Shown one piece after another: positions 47,447-61,696 of a DNA stretch of 64,000 nt. Source of the DNA: the human T2T-CHM13v2.0 reference genome, Homo sapiens. Numbering within the stretch: the stretch's first letter is position 1; each line of letters opens with the position of its first letter. A program made the translations under genes and the position numbers. Below the pieces are notes generated by a model, which worked only from the letters and a program-made list of their open reading frames with translations, made no database searches and was not told the origin of the DNA. The DNA is taken from the NCBI RefSeq assembly GCF_009914755.1, contig NC_060926.1; one strand, 5' to 3'.

Positions 47447-49020
47447 CATTTCTTCTTTTCCTCATCAGGCCATTTCAAGTTTAGGCCGGAGGATATCTTT
47501 ATTCAGTTAATCTTGATTCCCAAGGCCTTCCTTATTTGTGTCTAATTTAGCAGGACAAAAAGGAATGAACAGCATTTTTGTGATAGCAACTGACAACTGA
47601 CATTAGAAAACAAAATACTGCACGCAGAGTTAAGATGTCTTATACTCAATTTTAATGACAAAACTCAGGGTCTCAAACTGATGTGTCAGATCCTACTGGC
47701 CCAGTGGGGCCCAGATTCTCCTTGCTGGGGTCTTAAAGTGATGGCAGTGGGATCTTATCCAAAGCCCAGAAAGGAACTGAAACAGTACTTACGTTTAAAA
47801 GAGTAAGTAACATCTCCCACTACTACATTTTGCATTTTGGAAAAAAAATGCAAACAATTTTTTTGAAGATGAATCAGAAAAGGTTATCTTTAGCTCAAGG
47901 TTTTTCAACTATTTAAAAGCTACATCTTTTTAAAAATCTTTTTTTTTTTAAATTACTGTCCTTTAATGTTATTTGAACTGTCAAAGTAAATGTTATGATT
48001 TTTTAAAGTGAGAGTATTAAATTGACTTTTCCAAACTACCACTTCTGTCATCCTACCACCACCAACAAAAACCACTGCTTTAACCTGCAGGCTCACCCCA
48101 GCCTCTGCAGCATCACAGCGTCCTGGTGGTTCCCTCGACAGACCCTGGGTTGGGGGGGCAGGGGCAGTGTGGGGGCTGTAGGAGGCCGCACAGGGAGCCC
48201 TCCTCAGACCACCAAGGCTGGCTTGCTGGGTTTCTCTGTGCCAGTCAAAAAAAGATGCAAAAGTCTTCACAGATGTAAAACTCTGCATTATGTTTTAACT
48301 TGATTCATCCCAAATGATTGTCATTAGCCCGGGCGGAAGGAAAACTCTCACTGATAGACTTTTCTACTCTGTTTGGAGAAAGAGAATTCATGCCACAAAA
48401 TGACTTTAAAAGGGGGTCAAATTCACAGCTTAGTTCTAAATTCTTAAGAGAGGAAATAATTGGGGAAGGTGTGACTGGTCTTGTGACCAAAAAGGAATCA
48501 AAGATTGAGTGGAGACACCTGGTCCTGCACCCCTGGGGCTTGTGCAGCTCGGCACCACCCTGACCTGGTGCGGGGACAGACGGGGAACTCAGGAAAGCAT
48601 CGCCTTAGAAGCCCAACTGGTTTGTACCTTGTGTACGTTTTCAAGAGCTTTTTCCAATTTCCTTTTGGGAAACAGCAACAACTACACATTCTGTATGCTC
48701 CCTTCTCAGGAGAGCAGCAGGCTTCACAATTAAGTGGTATGTTGTTTTAAAAGTCAGGTAACAAGGCAACACTGAACTACAGTGTCTGCCGTGGTGTACG
48801 GGCGGCTAGTGGGGTGAGCTGGCCATGCTCTGCCGCTCACCTGGGTGGAGAGCACAGCTGGGGCCTGCCTCATGATGAGTCACCGGCCTGCACACGCGGG
48901 ATCCTGCACGGCTCTACATGCACGCTATACTTCAACAGGAACGTTTTCAAAACGCTAGCTAACAGCTCTCAGGAAAAAGGCTCCTCATTCAAAGGGGAGC
49001 TTTAACAAGCTGTATGCCTT

Positions 49021-49452
<432 letters not shown>

Positions 49453-51942
49453 TTAACCCAACGCCAACACTCAAAGTAGTGATCTGCCCTCATGTACCCA
49501 CCTCTTTGGAAGAAAAAAGAAGTGTGGCGATTGTCTTATGAGAAGGCTGGCAGCGGTCCTTCCCTTCCCCTGACATACTGTGCCACCAAAGCCCACAGCC
49601 CTAAGTGGAAACACATTCATACTCCTGGTGTCTTTTGGTGGTGGTGGTAGAAGAAAGGGGTGCCCCTGGTAAAATTAGCTGGGCATGTGGCAGACTTCTG
49701 AGCCGAAAAGAGGCTCAAAGTAGGGCCAGGATTGTTTTGAGACAACTTCTGAAACACAGAATATGCTGTTTCTCTTCTCTTCACTCCACAGGCTGGTCTC
49801 CCAGTGCGTTTAGGACCCTGCTTTTGAGGCATCCAAGTGGGAGAGCCTCTGTTCATGACAAAAGGGAACCTCCCACCAGCCTGAGGGCGGGACGCTGAGG
49901 ACCCCAGAGCCCTGCCTCCAGGCTGCTGTCGTAGTGTGACACAGCAACTTCCGAGCAGGAAGGAGAAGCCCGATCCTAACTGGGGGAAGCTGTTTGCTTA
50001 GACAACTTTCTACACTTCAAATATTACACCTTAAACAACACACTGGACTAAGAAATCTGATCATGTCCAGGCTTTTAACACCCTCCTCCCCCAAGGAACA
50101 ATAAAACACACCAGCGAAAACAAAGAGGCTGCCCTGAAAAGGTTGCAGTGGTGGATGATACTGGCAGAATCAGAAAGGAAGCTAAGAGAAACAGGCGCGT
50201 CCTCAGCCGGGCCTCGCGTGTCCTGACACTGCAGCAGGCACGGGATGTGGGCTGTCCCCTCCAGCACAGTGCGGGAAGGTGCTGGGGCATCCAAACAGCA
50301 AAAGCAAACCTGAGACCCCAAAACAACTGCGTCTGGCCCAGGGGAGTGGGCAAAAATTCCAACAGGGAGAGACCGTCTCTGGCTTATTTACAGACAGGGT
50401 AAGTAAGGATGCCCAAAGACAAGGCGGAGTATTAGTAACAGAACTCATGAAGTTCTATGGATCGGGATGCTTTAAAAAAAAAAAAAACACCAAAGCTCAT
50501 CCAGAATGTCTGAGGTCCCTGCAGTAACATCCATGCTAATTGGTAAGTAAGACAAAGCCTCCCCTAACAAATCAGCAATGTAATTATAAAGCCAGTCACT
50601 AGATCAAGCCAGTCTCCTGTGCTCCAGCGATATTCTGAACCTGTAACCCGATACCACTGTTTGCTGCCGGCGCCTCCTCCGGGCTCTCCCGCTGCGCACC
50701 GGCCGCGCGGGGGCCCGCAGGGCAACGCAGCCTAGGCTGTTTGTGCAAGATGAGACCCTGCATTTGACGAAGACCTGCAGGAGCAATCCTCCCGGCTTTC
50801 TTGACAGTGAAGAAGAAGAAGAAGAAAAAAAAAAGCCTGACGATACACTGAAATTCGAACAGGAAGTCAAGCCCCAAGTAAATTTAAGAAACAACTTTTA
50901 CTGTTTGGGGTTGTTTTCTAAAGTCCAAATTTTTAAAATTCTAGTTTCTCCTCTCAGATTTTTACATGCTCCTATTAAATTGAAGGCAATTTCCAATACT
51001 GGAGGTTTGTCAAATATAAACTTTTCTCCTAGTACAATAATTTTTTAAAAATGTTGACAGCTGCATTTAGTAAGCAAAAACATAGTCAAATTCTGGGAGG
51101 GAATGTTTCAAGTAAATATTTCTTTAGAATAAATTATGGCCTTGTTAGTACACATCTGGAAAGAGAATAGGCTTTTTAGAATATAAATGTCAAGTGGTAT
51201 AAAATGTTTCTTATATCCTGTCTTAGTGGTTCCTCTGCCAGCTGGGAATTTTAAGTTTTAATCCCAACTCTTATGAAGCTATGGACACCAATTACCTTCT
51301 TCCAAGGACAATGAGAATGCTGCCAATTGTTTTATTTTATCTAAGGATTCTGGCTAAAAGTATGGTACACTTGATTTAAAAAAAATTAGAAAAATGCTTT
51401 GTTTTCTCAGTTTTAAGGAATTTTTTTTAATTTATAAGGAAAAAGGATTACTTGGGAATGGCACACTTAATTCAAGTAAAAGGTTGAGTAGAATTATACA
51501 GTTTCTAACCTTAACTTAACAAAAACATAATATGCTCTGATGCCTGGAATTTGCTTTAAAATACTCCAAAACAAACAAACAAACAAAAAACCCAAAACCT
51601 GGCCATGTAGATGAAACAAGATTTGACAAAATGTTGATACCTGCTGAGGCTGGCTGATAAGTACAAGGCGGTGCTTTGTACTCTTCCTTTTACTTTTGAA
51701 TGTGTTTGGAATTTTCCATAATAAAAAGTTAAAAACCACAACACGCCAATACATATTTCTAAATTAAAACATATAAAATGAGCACAATAAATTACTCACA
51801 CCCCCAGTGAAAACTATTATATTAATTTGATAGGGTTTTTTTTTTTTCTTCACACAGAAGAAAGCTATTAGTGCTCCATGTAAACAAGCACGCCCAATTC
51901 AAGTTGGAACTCTTTAAATTCTGGAAGACAGCACATCACATC

Positions 51943-51961
51943 CAGCCACGAGGGGGCGCAG
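51943..51961 (+). promoter_or_regulatory. CTCF binding motif
   Basis: CAGCCACGAGGGGGCGCAG closely matches the CTCF core consensus; CpGs are retained within AT-rich intron. Confidence 0.7.
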
Positions 51962-54900
51962 CCGAGCAGCAAGGAGCGCAAAAGTCTCATTCTTCACTGC
52001 AATTTCTACCTACAGCTCTCTCAAAGTATACACATTTTCAAGATTGTTTCCAAATTCAGGTATCCACAGGACACTGCTAAGCAAGCTGGGAGCTTTGCCA
52101 AGGCCAAAATAAATTAAATTATGGTACGGTTCAAACTCTGGAAGTACTGTGTATAGGAAAGGTTGTTTCTCTGTATATAAAAGTTAATACTGGTATTTCA
52201 AAAACCATGGTTAAAATCCCTGGAGGATTCCTGAAATGAGAACAAACACACAACAACAAACACACACCCAAGTCATGAGATGTGAACGTGGAGAAACCAA
52301 CAGTTCAGAATTTCCAGTGGGGCTTGCAACATGGACTCCCAATAAAACAATGAGTCTCAATAAATTCGGCACTAAGCTTTTACCAGTATAGATAGACGCC
52401 TTTACTGGGCCTACTTACTACTTCTTAATAACTATAAATTATCTCCATACTGAACAGATACTGCTTCAGGCAGTTATTTGGGAAAACCCTTCATAAAGGA
52501 CATTGGAGAGGGGCCATTTAATTATAAAATGTAACACAGTTAACCTTAGGGAGATGATGAAGCGAGATCATTATGTGTAACTACTTGCTGGGATTCTTTC
52601 TATTTAAATTATAAGTTCAGGTTATATGATGTTGTATGTTCAATAATAATGCTCATAATAGATGAAATGTTATAATGAGTCTCCACATTTGAAAATTGGA
52701 AACTATAAACATATCTATATTTTATAATCATTTGAATTGTGATACTACTTCATAATAATTTGGTGTCAGAGTATGTTTTTAGCATTTTGAGTCTAAGGCC
52801 TCATTAACATTAGGGTAAGGAACTCTCAGATTTGACAATTTTTCCCATAAGATTACGTGCTTTACTAGTAAAGACTAGCCAGCATTGCCCAACCTCCCAT
52901 TCTCGGGCATAATGAAAATATTTTTTCTCCTGTATTTATAATTGCTTGGATGGGATTCTGTTTCAATCCTCCTGTAGCATCTTTTCCCTAAAGATACACT
53001 GTTTTTCTCCCTCACACTAGAGACCCTTAATAAACAATGTCAAGGAGGTGGGGAACTTAGAGTAGAAAGGAAAGGCTTTGCCAAAAGTATGTGACAGTTT
53101 TTGTGTTTAAAAAAAAAAAAAAGACTCAAGATATATGTAAGTCTTACTAAAACAGGGAAATATAAGGTTTTAGAACAATTCTGTGAAAGATAAAATTACA
53201 TCTTAGTTAAAACCAAAGGTGGCCTTCTAGGTTTTATTAGACAACTATTTGCCACTGAATAAAACTAAGGAATAAAAGTAAAGTATGCTACTTCAAGAAA
53301 TGCTTCAATGGAAGCTTTTCTTAAAAGTTAAAAATTAAAAACTAGTCATGCCTTCAAATCTGGATGCTTCATTACTATCAAAGAATCACTTAAAATATTC
53401 CTTACAAATACAGAACATATTTCATCTTATAACTTATCCGTGCAGTCCAAAGAGGAAAACCTGAGAAATGTTGTTTCTTTTACTTACTGTGTAAAACTGA
53501 ACATTGTATTGTACGGCCTAAACTTGGATTCCCTAGAGAACAATATCACATTTCTACAACATGACATGAGTACAAAAATTTGAGGTGCAGGATAATAGAA
53601 ATATACTTGAGACATGCAAATGGAAGGAAATAACTATTTTATGTAATACCTGTCCCATGTAAGTAACCTACATGTTCCGAATGTTTAATTTGGTTGCCTC
53701 TAAGAATTAGGTAGGCTAATAAGGTTTTACAAAGACAATTTAAACTTTGTATCATATACCTGAATAATTCACACACAGACAATAATTGTAGAAAGAAAAA
53801 GGCAATGAGGATACAACTAAACTTGAGGGGAGTAAATGATACTTTGTAAATATGGCAGCCATTAAAGAATAACTACTTTGGGACTATTTTGAGATAAAAT
53901 GTTTGTCTTCCCAAGGACTTCTGTGCATTGATAATGAATGGCTCATTGAACTTTAAGCTATGTCACTTAAATACAATAAAAATAATCAGAGTACCACACT
54001 AAATGTAATAACTATTTATTTTCTAAGGAAAATACTTCATAATTCTTCAATTACCTTCAATGGTCTTCATGGAAAGCCTTCCTCAACCTCCCCAGCCTGC
54101 CACCCCCAGCCTGCCACTCTATTCATTCTACCTGTCTTCTGGAGCTTTAGAAGGAGGCAGGAACCACCTGAAGAATTGAATTTTTAATGTGTAAACCAAC
54201 TACTTGTCAGAGAGCTAAGAATCACTGCCAGTGAAACGTATTTTATTTTATATTTCTGGACATGGTAAAACTATTTAAAAAAATTAGTTTGCCTTAAAAA
54301 GTTCAGAAAAGACCACCAAGTTCCTGACAAGCAGAGAGGCAGAGCAAAAATTCTTCCACTCTGGATCATAGCACCCAAATTCCTCAGGCAGATTGGTTTT
54401 CTCTGATAGCACGGAAGACACAGGAGAGGTACAGATGGGCAGGGAGATGTCCCCTCAAAGAAGGAAAGAAATCTGAAAAGCAAATCTGTATCACCTATTA
54501 TAAAATGGGATAACCACACAGGGAAGATCAGTTTAAAGCAGCTGCCAGCTCGATATCTCATTAGCGTGACTAGGATTTTATGCAAACCTGTTCTGGTGTA
54601 GAGATGACCTTGGGACTTTCAGATTCTCTGAGTTTAACTTGGGCAATACTTCTAAACACAAGGGTGGGGTACACCAGCAGGCCTGCTCCAAACCCCAGGA
54701 GCTGCAGTGCATGGCGTGGAATGATAAGCAGCCGGCCGGAGCAGAGGCAAGCAAAGCGCTAAAGGCTGATCTGGAGCAAGAGACTTTTGATCATTTAGTG
54801 TTTTTGACCATGGTCTATTCAAGTGTACATTTTACTTTTCTTCAACAGGTTCACTCAGCCCACTGTTAAACATCAGTGAGTGTGCATATGGATATACAGA

Positions 54901-57900
54901 ATATATAGACATAGATCATGTCTGTAAGAACCAGAATCCCTTCCCCTTTACTATTCTATGGGAAAGTCCTTAGAGAATGCTTAGCTTCTTTTCAGTTAAC
55001 TGCCTAGGAAGGTTTTTAAAGGAAAAAAGCTTAGAATTAATTAGTAACTCTGCAAAGCTACAGGTTTTTGTAAAGTGACAAAAAAGATAGTAAGGCAGAC
55101 ATGAATGAGTTTTAAGAACTGAAGTTTGCTGCTACCTGGAGTTACTAGAGAAACAAAGCTGCCTTTGGGCACCTCAAACTAGTCAGACCTGCTATAGCAG
55201 TTGCACAGTCAGCTCCAGATCTGTCCTCTGCTCTTCTCCCTCCAGCCCCCACCCCACGCCTCCGCATAGCTCAGTCCACTCTCTACTCAGGGTGGAGGTG
55301 GGCCGGGCACACTCACCCCTTGATCTGCTGTCCCTGTGGGGAGGCAGGGCCAGCTCTGGCCAGACAGTGTGCAAGTGTAAGAATAGGCCGGCCAGGAGCA
55401 CAGATGCCAACTCCATTCTGAGCTGAAAACTGCAATGGGTGCGGAATACAGCTTAGGTGATCTTGGGTTTCCAAAATAGATCAATCAAATTGTGGGGTTT
55501 ACTTCAGAGAATCCTAGCATTAAGTTCAGATGAGGGACAGAGGATTCTGAGAAAAGACAAATGGGTCTTTCCAGCTTTGGGATCCCTCAGACCACAAAGA
55601 GGGCAGAATTTTCAAAAGAGAGTTTGCGCTGTCTATATGTGGTGCTTGTTCAAACTGGCAGTATCTGTTCTGTCCTATTAGAAATCATATATTATAAAAT
55701 ATATTGTGATATTTTACTTTAAAATTTTCATTTGTATTTCAAAGAAAATTTTTAGACAGCCAATCATGTTTTGTTTGTCTCGTGATCTCCGAGAAAAAAA
55801 AAACAAAACAAGGAGTCTATTTATTACTCAGAATAGGAATGTCGTCTTATTGGGCTGACATATGCCATTCACAGATTCATACAAAGAATGAACTGCCACA
55901 CAGTGCTAATGGAGAAAGACACTGCTCCACACAATGAGTGACGGACGCTCCAGGGGACAGTTCTGTTCATAAGGGTTTCCCAGCATCTGCACACAGGGCA
56001 TAAGTTTGCCTTTAATATCAACTGCACTGGCCATTTGAGACAATCATTTTTTCTAGATTAGTAGCCATTTCCTTCAAACATACTAAAACTAAATGAAATA
56101 GCCACACATTTCTTAAACAGGAGTCCTGGCTTGTGGGTTTCTACCAATTGCTTAATGAGTAATTATTAACAATATGTACAAAATATATGAGTTGTGCATA
56201 TAAAGTGGCCATGGCACTTTTAGATTTTCATGTTTTGCTAGTCAGTATTAATTAACAGAAAGACCTATGAGAGCTGGTGTCACCCTTATTGTGAGGCCAT
56301 TTTCATGTCAACTGGAGCTTGCCTTCTGGTGCCTTCAGTACACAACTGATCTTTGGACTCAGTAATCAGAGACGGCGCCTGCGCTTGCTCTCTCTCTCAC
56401 GCACCAAGTAACTATTGCAACTAGAGCTATCTCCTATAGGATATGCCATGACAGTGAATACAAAATTTCTGTTGCCAAGAAGCTTTAAAAATTCTATGAG
56501 TGAATTAAAGTTCATGGCCCCAAATACGCCTATCTATATATAGCTTTTTCCACAGGTAATATTGACAAAGTGGTCTTGATTCTGTTGATATATGTGAAAT
56601 ATAAAATAAAGCTTCATACTTTTTTTTCTGTGCTTTTTAACAAGAAACCACAGCAAAAGAAACCTCTCAAAGTTTCTGTTCCAGCTTTCACCTTTCTTAG
56701 TTACTAAAATGTAAAATATTTTGTCTGAGGGTAAACTTGTAGTATAATTGGACACTGATAATAAAAGTAGCATGCTGCAAGTTGATAGAAATTTTTATGT
56801 ATTTGCATTCGAACATCTTCAAACTGCCTTCATACGTTTTGTAATGTTTTTTGTGTGTGATGCATGTGTGTGCCTTTCTAAAGTAGTGTTGTAACTTACT
56901 CTGCCATTGGAACCCTGTTTAAAATAGCAGATACCATAAGCTATCAGTCGCCACACAAATTTGAATGAGTTTTAAAATATCAAAATATGTGCTATTTTAC
57001 TAGGCTCATTATCAGTAATAATTCAGTGTGTAGCAACTGGGCAAAATTCATATTTTAGCTTCTCAATTAAATAGAAAAGCTTTAAAGAGGGACAATTCAG
57101 CAAACAGAAGTGTAAAGATTTTCTAAATCTGAATTAATATCCTTCTCTTAGTTCTTCAAGGGAAACAAGCTTGAGCAGCTGTTACCTAAGACGCTGTGAC
57201 ATTCGCCTGACAATAAAACCGTTCCCTAGGACACCTCCTGTCACACATACACTTGGTTGGCTTTACAAAATGTGAGTCCTCTCCCTTACCTGTCTGAATG
57301 AAGTAAGGAAAAGGGCCGGGTGTTAAGGAAAAAGGGGGTTGGGGGATGTCAAATCCAAAATAAGATTTCTCATCTGAGAACAACATGGTTATGTATATTT
57401 TAATTAGGGGGTGAAACAAGTAAAAAAAAAAAACTGTTAAAGGATTCCAAACTTAATGAACGACATAAACAATTTTATATTAACATATAATACCCCTCTA
57501 AAGAAGTCAATGAAGCTAAAGGAAAACTTTTAAACATTTGTCTCTTTTAAATAAAAAGAAAAAAAACCCTGAAAAAATAAACAGAAAAGCAGAGATCCAC
57601 AAACAAACTATTCTTGTTCACTCCAGAAGTTGGGATCTTAGGATGGATATTTTCATCTTCACAGCACACCCTAGCACACTCATATCAGAATAGACTGCTA
57701 TAAAAAGGGGGAGGGATGGGAGCTGCCAGGGTGAGACATGCCTTCTGCTGAGCTGAGCAACTACCCCCAACCCCCATCGGCCAAGCAGCCCAGACGCTCT
57801 CAGGTGGACGGTCCTTCAGGGGCGGAGCGAAGCCCAAAGCCCACTTCACTCTTGTCAGGGACTAGTCTCTAACTACAAAAAGCTACTGTGAACACTTAGG

Positions 57901-58589
57901 GCCTCAGGAATCCTGGTGACTACAACTTCTAGCCTCTTTACACACATTATGGATATTTCTTAACATACATTGGGAAATCAAAAAGCGTATTTCATGAACA
58001 AAGCTTGAAAACATGTACTCTCTACCCTAAGCCCAACTGAGGCTGCCCAATTCGATTCAAATAAAAACTGCTGTGGTCTGAGGCTGGCTGTCTCACTCTG
58101 CTGACTGTCCTCCCCATTCAGTGTCTGTGAAAACTTACTTTCTACCTCCTGAAACGACTCAGCTTGCAAGCAAAAAGTTATTCCAATGCAAACTATACCT
58201 GATATTTTCGTGAAACTTAGAAACTAAACCTAAAACTCGACTCCCATCGCAATCTATTACTACCACTTCTGCTAAAGGTAAGATAACTTATAGCCAAGAA
58301 AACAAAACAAAATACGATTTTCTGTCCATGTAGTGGCCCTGTGACGACACCCCCTCTCTTACTGGTACAAAGTCTAGGGCTTGGGACAGCTGGCTCCCCT
58401 CAGCCCCCTCCCTTTCAGTCATAGGCGGTTACCACGAAGATGACTTGTAGATTTCTAACTTAAAAACCAACGAGACGTTAAGTTTAATATACATGTAGAT
58501 CCCAAATCAATTCATTTGGGCATGGACGAAAGAAAAGAGGGTGGAGAGGAAGGTTTTCAACATTATTAAAAAAAACACCGGGAAATTCA

Positions 58590-60180
58590 CAAAAACGCAC
58601 TACAGTAAGTTGGATGCAAACCCGGCCACGGAACTCAAAAGTGAAGCAGCCTTCGCGCCAGCAATCCGAGCCTTAAAAAAAGTCTCGCACGTTCACAACA
58701 ACACAACCGCCACAACGCGCACACACATCCCAGCTGTAGAGGCGACAGCTCCAGGCGCCCCCGCCCGCCGCTCGGCTCTCCGAGCTCCCGACCCCCTCCT
58801 GACCCCGGCCCTGCCCCCCAGCGGCTCAGCCCGCAGGCGCCGGGGGTCCGAGAGCGCGGGGCCCGGACCGGGGCCGCGGGAGGGAGCGCTCCTCCCGTAC
58901 CTGCTCCGTCCCCGGCTCCCTCCCGCGGCGGCGCCCGGCCCCTCCTCCGCCCTCCGGGCTCTCCCAGCCCTGGCCGAGTCCCAACACCGGCCCCCCATCC
59001 ACCCGGAGCCCCCCGCGCCCGCGGATCCCCTCCAGCCCGACGCCGGGAGAACTTACCACATGCAGCTCCACCTGGGAACTAACGCATCAGGAGGGGTTTC
59101 CGCCCACTCCTCAGCTACTCCCGCTCCATGCGGAGTGCCCCGCTCCAGGGGCCCGAGGGTGGCGCCGGGGAGCGGGCAGCAGGCGAGGCTGAAGCTAAGA
59201 CTCCGCCGTTCTCTGCCTGCGCGCCCCGAGCATTATACAATGGTGGAGGCGGCGGCGGCAGGCAGCGGAGGAGGAAGCAGGAGGCGGGCGGAGGGGGCGC
59301 CCTGACCGAGCGAGCGGTAGCTCGTGCTCCAGCACTCGCCGTGCAGGAGTGACGTGCGGCCCGCGAGCCTCCCGCGAGCTCCGGGCCCCGGCGCCGCAGG
59401 CCCCGCCCCTGGCCGCCCGACCCCGCCCCCGCCGGCCCCGCCCCGGCCCGCCTCTCCCCGGCGGTCCCGGGAGGCGCGATAAAGGCCGGGGCCGGCCGCG
59501 GCCGGCCGCGGCCGCAGGAGGAGCAGGAAGGAGCGGCGGGGCGCAGTGGGCGCCTGGTGGCAGCGCCGCCCCCAGCTCCCTGCCGGGCCGGCGCGCCCCT
59601 GATTTTCTCGTAAGGACGGGCTGAAAGAGGAGGGGAGACAGAAGGAGACACTCCGGCCCGAGGACCACCACTGCCACTAGTAACGCCCCCTACACACTCT
59701 AGAAGTGCTCAGGCGAATGACGAAGCGGCTGGTGACAAAGGCGGCGGCGAGTGCAGCGCGTGCACAGCCCGCGGAGCCGCGCGACCGCAAATATGACAAG
59801 CATTTGAGCTATTTGGCAACGTGGGGCCGGTCAGCGGGGCGGGCAGGGTCCCCGCGGGGGGCGAGGGGCAGAGAGCTGGCCCGGGCGCCCGTCTCGCTGC
59901 CTGCAGGGGTTCCTGGGCGGGGGTCCGCTGCGGGACACTCCTCCGAGGCCCGCACTGGTCCGAACGGCAGGATGGGGGCTCCAGCCGTGAGCCGGGGACA
60001 GAAAAAGTCCCTTGCCCGCGTGGCCTCAGCCCGACACGAGAAGTGGGTCACCAAGTCCACGGCACTTTGGGAGCCGGACCGAACGAGTTGCATCCTTCGG
60101 GGCCGGCCGGGGCTCGGTGCAGACCCGGCAGGAGGGAAGCCAAGCTAGGAGACGCAGCCAGGTCGGAGGCGCAGTCCTCT
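58590..60180. promoter_or_regulatory. SERTAD2: CpG-island promoter of SERTAD2
   Basis: Very high GC and CpG density; multiple CCCCGCCCC Sp/KLF boxes at 59400-59445; TGACGTG at 59350-59356. Confidence 0.9.
59057..59345 (-). other. SERTAD2: SERTAD2 non-coding exon 1 (5'UTR); the TSS end is approximate
   Basis: Consensus donor GTG|GTAAGT (plus-strand acttac at 59051-59056) inside the CpG island, downstream of GC-box clusters. Confidence 0.8.
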
Positions 60181-61696
60181 GCCCACAAGTTTCACATTGA
60201 TAGCCTTTCCCTCCCGTGGAGTAAGCTTATGCTTGGAACTACTTAAATTTACCAGGGAAATTTATACTAGTTGGAAGAGAATGTGTGTATGCCCAAATGA
60301 TGAGAATTTAAGAGCACTAGGGAAAGAGGCCAGATAGATGGTTCCACTGGAAAATTAATGATTATTTTAAAAATTACACGTGCATTCAGCGTCAAGATGT
60401 AAAAGGCAATGCAGGCAGGCACCTTAAAATTTTGGCTGCCACCCCAATCAATATCATTTCAGATCACTTTGGAGTTTAATGGTCCACTATACTAGTTGTA
60501 TTTAAGAATAATAAAGCTTTAAGACCTAACATAAAGGCGATTGTAAGTCGTTAACATCAAGAGAAATTTAGACTTGTTTAAACTGTTCTGTAATGATTTG
60601 TTATCAATCAAATTGATGATCTCATCGAAATTAAACTTGTGCTGAAATGTTGATAGAGGAGACAACGCTTCTTGTTTTATCTTTAAGGAGGATGGAAAAG
60701 GTTTTTACTGGACCCTTAGTATAATTAAAGTCTTATACAGTATAACCTAAGCCAAAAGCTAATTATTTGTGGATATCTTTGCAAAGTCTCATTATAATGG
60801 CATTCAAAATGACATATTATGGAAGCTGTGCTCACCGGCCCTCTGCAGGTCTTGCTCAGTTTGCGCCTGAGTGGCATAACATTCAAACATTTTGCTGTGA
60901 AGCGAAGATATTTTTCATTTCCAGAGTTCTGCAGTTTAGAGAGGGCATTAACTACTAACAGTTTCCTAACCACCCACTCACTTATACTTTCAGTGCTCAC
61001 TTTAAGGAAAAGCCATTGAAATAGAAGCTGCAATAATCTCTTCCTGTGATATCTTTGTAGAGGAGGCCAGAGGCATTAGCTCTGTTGAATTTAAGGTGAA
61101 TTTAAACTGCTATTTGTGAATTTAAACTGCTATTCTTGAATTAAAGTAAGCAGGAAGTTACACTTGCAGAACTTTTGTGACACTTGGATATTTTCTAGCA
61201 AATAGATTACACCAAATGCAGTGTTTCTGTATAAAATAACAGGATTTAAGTCAAAGTGACAATTTTGTGTCACTAGGATAGACAGGATTCTGCTGAAGTC
61301 CATAAGGTCTGTATTCTGTACCTGCTCAAACAAAGGTTTGCGCTCTTAACGAGACCAGCAACCTGCGTTTTTGGAGTGAAATAGTTTCCATCTCTTTATA
61401 CCTCTGAAGGCTGTAACATCTTATCAATGTACACATTACAAATAGCTCCCACTTCCCCCACTTTTAGAATCTGGCATCTTTGACCAAGAAGTTAAAGTGA
61501 GCTGGCAGTTTCAACAGCTGCCAATGTGGTTAACACCAGCTGGTTAACCCTCTCCCTCCCCTTATGCAACCCCCTACCCCAAGGCTGAGCCACACATAGG
61601 CCAGGACAGCAATCTCTACCCAGCCCTAGAAATTCAAGTCTATGAGGATAAGGAAAGGCACTTTCCACACTTCTGAAGTCAGCTCCCTTCAGTATG

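Noticed and set aside
58541-60246. Several 140-254 aa ORFs at the promoter
   Set aside because: GC-rich artefacts with no recognisable domain; only the short AUG-initiated uORFs were kept.
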